Below the pieces are notes generated by a model. The model was not told where the DNA came from and made no database searches. It was given only the letters and a program-made list of their open reading frames with translations. The translations under genes were made by a program, and so were the position numbers. Shown in pieces: positions 48,273 to 57,549 of a stretch of DNA of 64,000 nucleotides. Source of the DNA: Candidatus Lustribacter sp. (GTDB taxonomy: Bacteria > Vulcanimicrobiota > Vulcanimicrobiia > Vulcanimicrobiales > Vulcanimicrobiaceae); assembly GCA_965277805.1 (NCBI GenBank), contig OZ255842.1:1472001-1536000 (forward strand), read 5' to 3'. Every line of letters begins with the position of its first letter. The stretch's first letter is position 1.

Positions 48273-49228
48273 GGCCGCAACTCGCGGGGCTGGTCGAGAT
48301 CGCGCCGCGCGTCGCGGCGGTGCTGGAGCGCGGCGGTGCGGTGGTGGCGCTGGAAACGACGATCGTCACCCACGGCATGCCGTACCCGCAGAACGTCGAG
48401 ACGGCCCTCGACGTCGAAGCGATCGTCCGCGCAAGCGGTGCCGAACCGGCCACGATCGCGATCGTCGACGGACGCATCCGCATCGGGCTCGAGCCCGCTG
48501 AGATTCGCGCGCTGGCCGGCATGACGTCGGTGCGCAAGGTCAGCCGCGCCGATCTCCCCTTTACGGTGGCGACCGGTGCGCCCGGCGCGACCACGGTCGC
48601 GGCGACGATGATTGCCGCGGCGCTGGCGGGGATCGCGGTATTCGCCACCGGCGGGATCGGCGGCGTCCATCGCGGCGCCGGGGAAACGTTCGACGTCTCG
48701 GCCGATCTCGACGAACTCGCGCGAACCCCGGTCGCCGTCGTCTGCGCCGGGGCGAAGGCGCTCTTGGATTTGCCCAAGACGCTCGAGGTGCTCGAAACGC
48801 GCGGCGTGCCCGTCATCTGTTACGGCAGCGATTTCTTCCCGGCATTCTGGAGCCGCAGCAGCGGTTTGCGCGCGCCGCTGCGATTGGATTCGCCGGCGGC
48901 GATCACGGGCGCGATACGCGCGCAGCATGCCCTCGGCTATACGAGCGGTACGCTCGTGGCGAACCCGGTTGCAGCGGCCGACGAGATTCCGGCGGGCGAA
49001 ATCAGCGCGCACATCGAGGCTGCCGTCGAGGCTGCGCGTGCGACCGGCATCAGCGGGAAAGACGTCACGCCGTTTCTGTTGGACCGCCTGCTCGAACTCA
49101 CCGGCGGCCGCAGTCTTAAGACGAATATCGCTTTGATTAAGAGCAACGCACGGCTCGCCGCCGAGGTCGCGGCCGAGCTCGCAGCGGGGGGAGGCTTCAG
49201 CCCGTTCCAACGAAACCCGGCTTCCTGA
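48269..49228 (+). CDS. psuG: Pseudouridine-5'-phosphate glycosidase
   Basis: [58 protein letters not shown]. Confidence 0.95.
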   Translation: MRPQLAGLVEIAPRVAAVLERGGAVVALETTIVTHGMPYPQNVETALDVEAIVRASGAEPATIAIVDGRIRIGLEPAEIRALAGMTSVRKVSRADLPFTVATGAPGATTVAATMIAAALAGIAVFATGGIGGVHRGAGETFDVSADLDELARTPVAVVCAGAKALLDLPKTLEVLETRGVPVICYGSDFFPAFWSRSSGLRAPLRLDSPAAITGAIRAQHALGYTSGTLVANPVAAADEIPAGEISAHIEAAVEAARATGISGKDVTPFLLDRLLELTGGRSLKTNIALIKSNARLAAEVAAELAAGGGFSPFQRNPAS

Positions 49229-50859
49229 TGGACGCGCCCGACAATCACGCCGCGTGGGCTGCGCTAGAAGCGCACTACGCCAAAATCCGCCTAACCCACT
49301 TACGTGACCTCTTCGCCGGCGACCCGGATCGCGGTGAACGTCTCAACGCCGAAGGCGCCGGCGTCTTTCTCGACTACTCGAAGAACCGCATCACCAACGA
49401 AACACTCGAACTGCTGCTGAACCTCGCCGAACAGTCGAACCTGCGCGCGCGCATCGACGCCATGTTCCGCGGCGACAAGATCAATGTTTCGGAGAACCGC
49501 GCCGTATTGCACGTGGCCCTGCGCGCGCCGCTCGGCAGCGAGATCATGGTCGACGGGAAGAACGTCGTGCCGGAAGTGCACGAGACGCTCGATAAGATGA
49601 CCGCGTTCTCGGAACGCGTTCGCAGCGGCGAGTGGCGCGGCCATACGGGCAAACGAATTCGCAACGTCGTCAACATCGGGATCGGCGGCTCGGATCTCGG
49701 TCCCGTGATGGCCTACGAAGCCCTCCGCGCATACAGCGATCGCGACATGACGTTCCGCTTCATCTCGAACATCGACGGCACGGACTTCGCTGAAGCGGTG
49801 ATCGATCTCGATGCATCCGAGACGATGTTCATCATCTCATCGAAAACATTCACCACGCTCGAGACGATGACCAACGCCCACACCGCGCGATCGTGGTTGC
49901 TGGGCAAGCTGCACAGCGACGACACCGCGATTGCCAAGCACTTCGTCGCCGTGTCGACCAACGCCGAGGGCGTAGCCCAGTTCGGCATCGACACCGACAA
50001 CATGTTCGGCTTCTGGGATTGGGTCGGCGGCCGCTACTCGATGGATTCGGCCATCGGGCTCTCGACGATGATCGCGATCGGGCCCATGCACTTCAAGCAG
50101 ATGCTGCTCGGCTTCCACGAGATGGACGAACATTTCCGTACCACGCCCTTCGCGCAGAACGTGCCGGTGCTGATGGCGCTCTTAGGATTGTGGTATAACG
50201 ATTTCTTCGGGGCGCAGACGGTAGCCGTGCTGCCCTACGAACAGTATCTCAAGCGCTTTCCGGCCTATTTGCAGCAGCTCACGATGGAAAGCAACGGCAA
50301 GAGCGTACAGCTCAACGGCGCACCCGTCGAACACATCACGGGCCCGATCTACTGGGGCGAACCGGGCACCAACGGCCAGCACTCGTTCTACCAGCTGATC
50401 CATCAGGGCACGCGGCTGATCCCGATCGACTTCATCGCGTTCATCAAGTCGCACAACCCGCTCGGCATGCATCACGACATCCTGATTGCCAACGTATTCG
50501 CGCAAGGCGAAGCGCTGGCGTTCGGCAAGACGCCCGAACAAGTGAAGGCCGAGGGCACGCCCGACTGGCTCGTTCCGCACCGCGTGTTCAAGGGCAACCG
50601 GCCGACGAACACGCTGCTGCTCGATGAATTGACGCCGGCCGCGCTCGGCAAGCTCGTCGCGCTCTACGAGCACGCCGTCTTCGTACAGGGCGTTATCTGG
50701 AACATCGATTCGTTCGATCAATGGGGGGTCGAACTCGGCAAGGTTCTGGCCCAGCGCATCATCCCCGAACTCGACGGTACGCAAGCCGAAATGGGCGCGC
50801 CGCTCGCACACGATAGTTCCACCAACGCCCTGATCCGGCGCTACCGCACGCAAAAGTAA
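49228..50859 (+). CDS. pgi: Glucose-6-phosphate isomerase
   Basis: [62 protein letters not shown]. Confidence 0.98.
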   Translation: MDAPDNHAAWAALEAHYAKIRLTHLRDLFAGDPDRGERLNAEGAGVFLDYSKNRITNETLELLLNLAEQSNLRARIDAMFRGDKINVSENRAVLHVALRAPLGSEIMVDGKNVVPEVHETLDKMTAFSERVRSGEWRGHTGKRIRNVVNIGIGGSDLGPVMAYEALRAYSDRDMTFRFISNIDGTDFAEAVIDLDASETMFIISSKTFTTLETMTNAHTARSWLLGKLHSDDTAIAKHFVAVSTNAEGVAQFGIDTDNMFGFWDWVGGRYSMDSAIGLSTMIAIGPMHFKQMLLGFHEMDEHFRTTPFAQNVPVLMALLGLWYNDFFGAQTVAVLPYEQYLKRFPAYLQQLTMESNGKSVQLNGAPVEHITGPIYWGEPGTNGQHSFYQLIHQGTRLIPIDFIAFIKSHNPLGMHHDILIANVFAQGEALAFGKTPEQVKAEGTPDWLVPHRVFKGNRPTNTLLLDELTPAALGKLVALYEHAVFVQGVIWNIDSFDQWGVELGKVLAQRIIPELDGTQAEMGAPLAHDSSTNALIRRYRTQK

Positions 50860-50868
50860 GGAGAACGA

Positions 50869-51891
50869 ATGCAACTCGGGATGATCGGCCTCGGCCGCAT
50901 GGGCGCCAACATGGTGCGGCGCTTGATGCGCGGCGGACATACCTGCGTCGTCTACGACCGCAGCGCCGACGCGGTTGCGGGACTCGGTAAGGAAGGCGCC
51001 ACCGGCGCTACCGCGCTGAAAGATTTCGTTGCCAAACTCGACAAACCGCGTTCGATCTGGCTGATGGTTCCGGCCGGCGTCACCGATGCGAGCATCAACG
51101 ACCTCGTGCCGCTGCTCGAGAAGGGCGACTGCATCATCGACGGCGGCAACTCGTACTACATCGACGACATCCGCCACGCCAAAGAACTGAGTGCCAAAGG
51201 CATCGATTACGTCGACGTCGGCACGTCGGGCGGCGTGTGGGGCCTCGAACGCGGCTACTGCATGATGATCGGCGGGCCCGATAATGCGGTTAAGCGGCTC
51301 GATCCGATCTTCAACACGCTCGCGCCCGGCATGGGCGACGTCGCGCGCACGCCGGGCCGCCCGGAGAACAAGGGCACGGCCGAACGTGGGTACCTGCACT
51401 GCGGTCCGAGCGGCGCGGGTCATTTCGTGAAGATGGTGCACAACGGCATCGAATACGGCATGATGGCTGCCTACGCTGAGGGGCTCGGCGTGCTGAAGTC
51501 GGCGAACATCGGCAAGACCGCCGGAGCGGAGCACGACGCGGAAACGACGCCGTTGCGCGACCCCGAAGACTATCAGTACGATCTGGACCTGGGGGAGATC
51601 ACCGAAGTGTGGCGGCGCGGCAGCGTGGTTGCATCGTGGCTGCTCGATCTTACCGCGCAGGCCTTCGTCACCGACGAGAATCTCTCGAAGTTCGCCGGCC
51701 GCGTTTCCGACTCGGGTGAAGGCCGCTGGACGATCAAGGCGGCGATCGATGAAGCGGTGCCGGCGCCGGTGCTTACGGCAGCGCTCTACGCGCGGTTCAG
51801 TTCGCGCGGCGAAGCCGACTTCCAGAACAAAGTGCTCTCGGCGATGCGGTTCGGCTTCGGCGGACACTTGGAGACGCCCAAGCCCTCATGA
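50869..51891 (+). CDS. gnd: 6-phosphogluconate dehydrogenase (decarboxylating, short type)
   Basis: [57 protein letters not shown]. Confidence 0.95.
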   Translation: MQLGMIGLGRMGANMVRRLMRGGHTCVVYDRSADAVAGLGKEGATGATALKDFVAKLDKPRSIWLMVPAGVTDASINDLVPLLEKGDCIIDGGNSYYIDDIRHAKELSAKGIDYVDVGTSGGVWGLERGYCMMIGGPDNAVKRLDPIFNTLAPGMGDVARTPGRPENKGTAERGYLHCGPSGAGHFVKMVHNGIEYGMMAAYAEGLGVLKSANIGKTAGAEHDAETTPLRDPEDYQYDLDLGEITEVWRRGSVVASWLLDLTAQAFVTDENLSKFAGRVSDSGEGRWTIKAAIDEAVPAPVLTAALYARFSSRGEADFQNKVLSAMRFGFGGHLETPKPS

Positions 51892-52478
51892 ACGGGCCGG
51901 TTCGCGGCGTCCACCATCTGGCGCTCAATACGGAAGACATGAAGAAGACCGTCGACTTCTACACCGACGTGTTGGGCATGCCGCTGATTCACGCGATGCG
52001 CGTGCCGCCCGGACTCGGCACCGGCGCCGGGAACCGCGGCAACCCGCCATTCGAAAACCTGCGCCACTATTTCTTCGATATGGGCAACGACAGCACGCTC
52101 GCGTTCTTCGAGATTCCCAAAGGCGCGAAACCGCACGGCGATCGCGACGGCATCGGCGCGATGCAGCATCTCGCCGTCGCCACGAGCGCCAAAGGCGCCG
52201 TTGAACTCCTCGCGCGGCTGGCGAAACACGACATCGAGAATACCGGCCCGATCGAATCGTTTCCGGGCGTGATGTCGGTGTATTTCTACGATCCCAATGG
52301 AATTCGCCTAGAGTTCGCGTGGCAAGTGGTGGAAGAGGGTCCCGATATCCACGTGATTGACAGCGTGCCGCAGTCGGCCGGCGATGCATTGGCCGAACTT
52401 CGCACCCTCACCGACGACCCCGCCTGGCTCGACCGCGCGACGGCCTACTGGCGGCAACCGGCGGTCACGAACCGTTAA
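51888..52478 (+). CDS. VOC (glyoxalase/extradiol dioxygenase) family protein
   Basis: [34 protein letters not shown]. Confidence 0.88.
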   Translation: MNGPVRGVHHLALNTEDMKKTVDFYTDVLGMPLIHAMRVPPGLGTGAGNRGNPPFENLRHYFFDMGNDSTLAFFEIPKGAKPHGDRDGIGAMQHLAVATSAKGAVELLARLAKHDIENTGPIESFPGVMSVYFYDPNGIRLEFAWQVVEEGPDIHVIDSVPQSAGDALAELRTLTDDPAWLDRATAYWRQPAVTNR

Positions 52479-53426
52479 CTACCAGTAGGGTTTCGATTCG
52501 GCGACGAGCGTTCGCATGTCGGTCGATTGTTTGAGTATGCCGAATTTGAACGCCGCGTCGATGGCCGGCTGAAGAAGAGCCGGATCGAGCGCATCGGCAT
52601 ACGTGTTTCGCGTTACCGAATTGAACGTCGCGGCGTCGACGTTGGCGAGCGGCGCGAGTATCGCCGCCGTCTCGGCGTGGTGCGCGTTCGCCCAGCGCGC
52701 GGTCTGCATCATGATGCGAACGAAACGTTTGGCTGCCTCGGGATGGCTTGCGACCCACGGTTTCGACGCAACGAAGACGCTGTTGATGAACAGCGGAGAG
52801 ATGGCACCGAGCGCGTCACCGAGTTCTTCGACGTCGGAGCGTGCTTCGGCGAGATACGGTTCGGCCATCATCGCCGCATCGATGCGGCCCGTTTTGAGAA
52901 CGGCACCCATCGAGGAGGACGGAACTTCGACGAAATGAACCGTTTTCGGATCGCCGCCCGACTTCGCGATCCATAACGCTGCGCCAAGTTGCAGTTCGCC
53001 GTCCAGCGTGGGAACGCCGACGATCTTGCCGGCGAGATCGCCTCCGCTTTTCAACGGCGAGCCTTTGGCCTTGACGAGTAGAATGTCGGGCGCCTTGCTC
53101 GTAAATAGGACGGCCGGCGTGAGGATCATGACCGGAAGACCGTGTTGAATTGCGGCGACCGCTGAAACGACGTTGGAAAACGCTACTTCGGCGGAGCCGC
53201 CGGCCACGGCCGCCAGCATCGCACCGCCGCCGCCGGTGCCGGTCATCGTTACGTCGAGCCCTTCACGCTTGAACGCGCCGAGCGCGATCGCGTAGGTCGG
53301 CACCGCCGGATTGTCGCCGCCGACGCCGCCCAGCACGCGGATGGGCACGAGCGCGCGCGTCTGGGCGGCACTGCCTAAGGGCGAGAACGTCAGAACGAGC
53401 GCGATAATGCTTGCGAAGGCCCGCAT
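52479..53426 (-). CDS. SsuA/NMT1-type ABC substrate-binding protein
   Basis: Signal peptide; GAFKREGLDV, DLAGKIVGV, GRIDAA, EP, WANAH. Confidence 0.85.
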   Translation of the reverse strand: MRAFASIIALVLTFSPLGSAAQTRALVPIRVLGGVGGDNPAVPTYAIALGAFKREGLDVTMTGTGGGGAMLAAVAGGSAEVAFSNVVSAVAAIQHGLPVMILTPAVLFTSKAPDILLVKAKGSPLKSGGDLAGKIVGVPTLDGELQLGAALWIAKSGGDPKTVHFVEVPSSSMGAVLKTGRIDAAMMAEPYLAEARSDVEELGDALGAISPLFINSVFVASKPWVASHPEAAKRFVRIMMQTARWANAHHAETAAILAPLANVDAATFNSVTRNTYADALDPALLQPAIDAAFKFGILKQSTDMRTLVAESKPYW

Positions 53427-53439
53427 TAGCGCGACCCGG

Positions 53440-54381
53440 TCAAACGAGCTGCGCCTCACGGGGCTTGGTATCGGGGATCGTGTACCCGTGCGCCTGTTCG
53501 TTCGCGATGTCGGCGAGCATCGGGAGCTCGATGATGAAGAAGGTGCCGCCCGTTGCTGAACCGATTTCTCCGACCTCGGCGCCGGCTTGAATCCACATGT
53601 ACGTGCCGACGTCTTCGGTCTCGCCACCCTGCCACGTCTTGCCGTCGTAGGTGATCGAGCCGTCGATGAGATAGCGAATCTCCGCATCCTCCTCGATGCG
53701 CGCGGGAATCTTGGCGCCCGCATTGATGCGCATGTACCGTGCACCCGAGCGGCGCGCGCCGAACTGCCCGAGGTACTTGTGTTCGACGCCCGGCAGCTTG
53801 CGATCGAGACTCCACTTGGCGGCGGCGGCCTTCATCACGATCGGCGTTGCAAATGCCGCCTTCGGAAACGCAATCTTCTCGCCGGTGAGATACTCGAAGC
53901 AGGCGGCGTGCCCGTCTTTCGTGATCTTGCGGCCGTCGGGCATCTCGCGCGTGTAGATGCCTTTTTCGAACCGCCCGCCTTCGGCTTCCAGCGCTTTCTG
54001 CGCCCGCATCAAATCATCGTGACGAAGGTATGGAATGCCCGCCGCACCCTGAAACTGCAGGCCGAGTCCGGTGCTGGCTTCGGTTTGCATCTGAGGTCCG
54101 TACGGAACGCCTTCCGGATAGAATCCGCAATCGCCGGGCCGCAGATAGCCGTCTTTGATTTCGCGGTCGCCTTGCAGCGCAAAACGAAACTGATCGAAGG
54201 TGTGCTTGTGGCGCGGCGTGCCGTAGCCTTTGGAGTAGGCGTTCCACGAAAACTCCATATCGACACCGGGCACGCCCGTTTCGAGCGGGAACTGTTTGAC
54301 CGCCATGCTGCCTTCGCGGCCGATTCCGGCCCCCATGAGCTTGACGTCGGCGATCGACATGATGGTGACGGAAGGTTTCAC
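53440..54381 (-). CDS. Uncharacterised cupin-like protein (PRHxHxFDQ motif)
   Basis: TPRHKHTFDQFRF, GFYPEGVPYGPQ; second degenerate beta-barrel-like half. Confidence 0.65.
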   Translation of the reverse strand: MKPSVTIMSIADVKLMGAGIGREGSMAVKQFPLETGVPGVDMEFSWNAYSKGYGTPRHKHTFDQFRFALQGDREIKDGYLRPGDCGFYPEGVPYGPQMQTEASTGLGLQFQGAAGIPYLRHDDLMRAQKALEAEGGRFEKGIYTREMPDGRKITKDGHAACFEYLTGEKIAFPKAAFATPIVMKAAAAKWSLDRKLPGVEHKYLGQFGARRSGARYMRINAGAKIPARIEEDAEIRYLIDGSITYDGKTWQGGETEDVGTYMWIQAGAEVGEIGSATGGTFFIIELPMLADIANEQAHGYTIPDTKPREAQLV

Positions 54382-54393
54382 TGCAACACTCGC

Positions 54394-55338
54394 TTACGGA
54401 TGGGCGATCAGATCGCTTGCGACGATCGGACCAGGGATGAGGTGGTACTGGGCTGCGCTGTCGAGAACCGGCTGGACGAGCGCCGGATCGAGCGTGAGCG
54501 CATACGGATTGATCTTGTCGGGATCGATCGGAACGCTGAAGTACTTCGCCAAAATCGCGGCATACTGGACTTTGTTTTTCGGATCGTTGCTCCACACCGC
54601 GGCATCGTGAATCACGCGGGCAAACGTTTTGAGCGTCTGCGGGTTCTGCGCGATCCAATCGTTGCCGGCAAACCAGCCCGTGACGATCAGCCGGCGCCCG
54701 ATCGCGTCAAACGGGTTGCCGATGACGCGAATTTGCGAACGCACGCTTGAGAGCCCGGGATCGATCATCGCCGCGGCGGCGATCGTCCCGCGCTGCAACG
54801 CAGCGAATTGTTCCGCGGGCGGCACTTCGATAACCTTGACTTGGCTCGAGTCGCCGCCGTTCTTATCGATCCAGGAATCCATCGCTAGCCGGAAGATGCC
54901 GGCGACGGAGACGCCGGCCACCGTTTGACCGTTGAGATCCTTGGCCGTATGAACGCTGCTCTGCGGCATGACGACGAACTGCGCGTTCGGGGCCGAGCTC
55001 AAATACATCGAGCCCGGAGCGACGAAGGTGAACGGCAGATTTTTCGCGTGCGCCTGCGCGATCGTCACGACGTTGCTCGTTCCCACGTCGACCGTATGTC
55101 CGGCGACGGCCGCGGCGATCGCCGCTCCGGTGCCGATGATTTGGATCGATGCGTCGAGGCCCGCACGTTTGAACATGCCGAGATCCTGCGCGATGTAGGC
55201 CGTATAGCCGTCGGTGCTCGTGACGGCGATCCGCACTTGCGGCGTCTCTGCGGGAATCGCTGCGGCGGAAACAAGAGCGAACAAAACGACGGCTGCGAGA
55301 CCGCCGGCAAACGATCGGGACGTAAGGCGTGACCGCAT
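54394..55338 (-). CDS. SsuA/NMT1-type ABC substrate-binding protein
   Basis: GGGAGG RBS; signal peptide; AQDLGMFKRAGLD, GAAIAAAV, KDLNGQTVA. Confidence 0.86.
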   Translation of the reverse strand: MRSRLTSRSFAGGLAAVVLFALVSAAAIPAETPQVRIAVTSTDGYTAYIAQDLGMFKRAGLDASIQIIGTGAAIAAAVAGHTVDVGTSNVVTIAQAHAKNLPFTFVAPGSMYLSSAPNAQFVVMPQSSVHTAKDLNGQTVAGVSVAGIFRLAMDSWIDKNGGDSSQVKVIEVPPAEQFAALQRGTIAAAAMIDPGLSSVRSQIRVIGNPFDAIGRRLIVTGWFAGNDWIAQNPQTLKTFARVIHDAAVWSNDPKNKVQYAAILAKYFSVPIDPDKINPYALTLDPALVQPVLDSAAQYHLIPGPIVASDLIAHP

Positions 55339-55451
55339 CGTATGCCTCCCGATGAAGGAGTTGCCGGAGTTTTGATAATCGTTACGCCGTATAGAAAGCT
55401 ACACCTCCGGAAAGGGCCTCGCAATGCAGGTCTCGGGTCCAAACGTAACGA

Positions 55452-55470
55452 GCCCTCGCTTCGAGAGGGC
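55452..55470 (-). terminator. Possible terminator hairpin downstream of the recombinase gene
   Basis: GCCCTC-N7-GAGGGC stem followed on the minus strand by TCGTTACGTTT. Confidence 0.35.
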
Positions 55471-55510
55471 CACGACGCCCATCACCGATCCCGGCATCAC
55501 CAGGCAGTGC

Positions 55511-56518
55511 TCACGAGTCCTTGGCCGCATCGATCGCGTCTTCGAATTCGTCTTTGTCGCGCGGGTGGGCGGCGTCGAACGCTTTCTTGAGATGCGCGAT
55601 CGACTGGTCGATGTAGATCTGCGTCGTTGCGATGTTCGCGTGGCCAAGTAGTCGCTGTAACGACGACACGTCGCCGCCGCCGTCGATGAAGTGGGTGGCG
55701 AACGAATGGCGCATCGCGTGGGTCGTTGCGCGATCGACGCCGCTCTTGGCCGCATAATCCTTGACGATCTTCCAGACCTGGCGCAGTCCGAGCCGCGCGT
55801 TGCGATTGCTCAGGAAGAAGGCCCGGTCGGTCGATGCCGGACGCTCGTGCAGGTACGACTGCATTGCGAACACCGACGCTTCGGTGAGCGGCACCATGCG
55901 GCGTTTGTTGCCCTTACCCGTGACCTGCGCGACGCGCTGACCGAAATCGACGTCATCGAGGTTCAAGTCGGCGAGTTCCGCGCGGCGGATCCCGCTGCCG
56001 TAGAGCAGTTCAATGATCGCGCGGTCGCGCGCGGCGAGACTCTTGCCGCCCGGCCGGTCGACGCGCGTCTTGATCATCGAGGCGACCTCGGGCATCCGCA
56101 AGACCTTCGGCTTGCGCTGTTCGGCCTTGGGCAGCTCGACGTCGAGCGCCGGCTGATCCGTGCGCAGCCCCTCGCGGCGCAAGTAGGTGTAAAACGTCCG
56201 CAGCGCGCTGAGATTGCGGCGCACCGCGACAACCTTGTAGCGCCGTTCCATCATCAAGAAGAGCACGTACTTGCGGATATCGCTGGCGGAGGCATCCCGC
56301 AGCTTCGGATAGATGCGCGGGGGGCGGCCGGGGCCGTCCTCAACGCGCGGCTTCTTGTCGCCCGCGAGAAAACGGCCGAAGTGTTCGAGGTCGCGCGTGT
56401 ACGCTTCCATCGTCCGGGCCGAGCGGTTCTTGCGGAGCAGATCCGATACGAAATCCGAGATGAGGGGGTCTTCGGGCAAGAAGAAGCGCTCGCCGGATGT
56501 CGCCCGCGGCGTACTCAT
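55511..56518 (-). CDS. XerC/XerD-like tyrosine recombinase
   Basis: N-terminal SAM-like domain (SARTMEAYTRDL); LYGSGIRRAE, GKGNK, HAMRHSFATH, LLGHANIATTQIY catalytic set. Confidence 0.93.
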   Translation of the reverse strand: MSTPRATSGERFFLPEDPLISDFVSDLLRKNRSARTMEAYTRDLEHFGRFLAGDKKPRVEDGPGRPPRIYPKLRDASASDIRKYVLFLMMERRYKVVAVRRNLSALRTFYTYLRREGLRTDQPALDVELPKAEQRKPKVLRMPEVASMIKTRVDRPGGKSLAARDRAIIELLYGSGIRRAELADLNLDDVDFGQRVAQVTGKGNKRRMVPLTEASVFAMQSYLHERPASTDRAFFLSNRNARLGLRQVWKIVKDYAAKSGVDRATTHAMRHSFATHFIDGGGDVSSLQRLLGHANIATTQIYIDQSIAHLKKAFDAAHPRDKDEFEDAIDAAKDS

Positions 56519-56525
56519 TGCCCCG

Positions 56526-56534
56526 AGTATACCA
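56526..56534 (-). promoter_or_regulatory. Extended -10 promoter (TGgTATACT) giving a probable leaderless xer mRNA
   Basis: Minus strand TGGTATACT-cggggca-ATG; 7 nt between -10 and start codon. Confidence 0.6.
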
Positions 56535-56545
56535 CTATTTCATGA

Positions 56546-57478
56546 TTATTTGGTCCAGGTGAGTTCGGCCGCCGTCACCGGGCGCGGGAAGCTGCCGTAT
56601 TTTGCGGCGTTGTCGATGACCGGCTGCAGTAAGGCCGGGTCGAGCGCGGTGCCGTAGGTTGCGCGCTGCATGCGGGCCACGACGTCGGCCGTCATCTTCG
56701 TGTATTTGAGCAGAATGGCGGCCGATTCGGCGTGGTGTCCGTTGGCCCAGTCCGCGGTTTGCTTCATCACCGCGGCGAACTTCTGCGCGACATCGGCGTG
56801 GGCGGCAAGCCACGAGTCGCTCGCGATCCAACCGGTGGCAAGGAAACGCTTCGCGACGTAATCGTCGATCGGGGCGATCGAGACCGTGTCGTCGAGTGCG
56901 CTCGAGATGAACGGTTCGATTAAGATGCCCGCATCGATACGATGCTCTTTGAGTGCCGGCAGCATCTCAGGCTCCGGCAGCTCGATGAACTTCATGTTGC
57001 TGGGATTGCCGCCGGTCGCCTCGACCCACTGCTTGGTCGCGTAGAACGTGAGATCGGCGAGGCCCGTTACCGCGATCGTCTTGCCGGCCAGATCGGGTCC
57101 GGTATGATACGCCGTGCCTTTGAGCCCGACGAGCCGCGCTGTCGGCGCCGTTGACGAATAAAGTCCGGCCGCCGCGAAGAACTTCACCGGAATGCCGCGC
57201 GAGCGCGCCGCGACGACCGATCCCACGACCGAATTCCCGACGTCGACGGCGCCGGATGCGACCGCCGAGATGATCGGCGGGCTCGCCGCCATCGGCGTGA
57301 GCGTTACGTTGAGACCGGCGGCTTTGAAGTAGCCGAGATCCTGGGCGTAATAGGCTTGCGCCGCCGACTCCGAGGGGATCAATGCGATCGAGACGTTGAT
57401 GGGATCGGCCGCGCTCGCGGGCGGGGCGCACACGGCGGCAACGGCAACGATAGCAAGCGCACGAATCATAACGTTCAT
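56546..57478 (-). CDS. SsuA/NMT1-type ABC substrate-binding protein
   Basis: Signal peptide; YAQDLGYFKAAGLNV, DLAGKTIAV, IDAG..IEP, WANGH. Confidence 0.86.
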   Translation of the reverse strand: MNVMIRALAIVAVAAVCAPPASAADPINVSIALIPSESAAQAYYAQDLGYFKAAGLNVTLTPMAASPPIISAVASGAVDVGNSVVGSVVAARSRGIPVKFFAAAGLYSSTAPTARLVGLKGTAYHTGPDLAGKTIAVTGLADLTFYATKQWVEATGGNPSNMKFIELPEPEMLPALKEHRIDAGILIEPFISSALDDTVSIAPIDDYVAKRFLATGWIASDSWLAAHADVAQKFAAVMKQTADWANGHHAESAAILLKYTKMTADVVARMQRATYGTALDPALLQPVIDNAAKYGSFPRPVTAAELTWTK

Positions 57479-57549
57479 ACGACTTTGTTGGCAGCGGCGT
57501 CCCGCTGTTCCCGCAGTTTCGTACAACGCGACTGTCGAAGGGATACCGG

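Noticed and set aside
55339-55510. TPP riboswitch upstream of the NMT1/SsuA-type SBP
   Set aside because: Only a partial ACCCG..ACCTG..GCG.GG resemblance on the minus strand; CTGAGA and the ATAAT loop are missing
55511-56518. Integron integrase with SBP cassettes, or an adjacent dif site
   Set aside because: No IntI-specific insertion before the HxxR box; no attC-like repeats between genes; nearby AT-rich stretch lacks the 6-bp spacer geometry of dif
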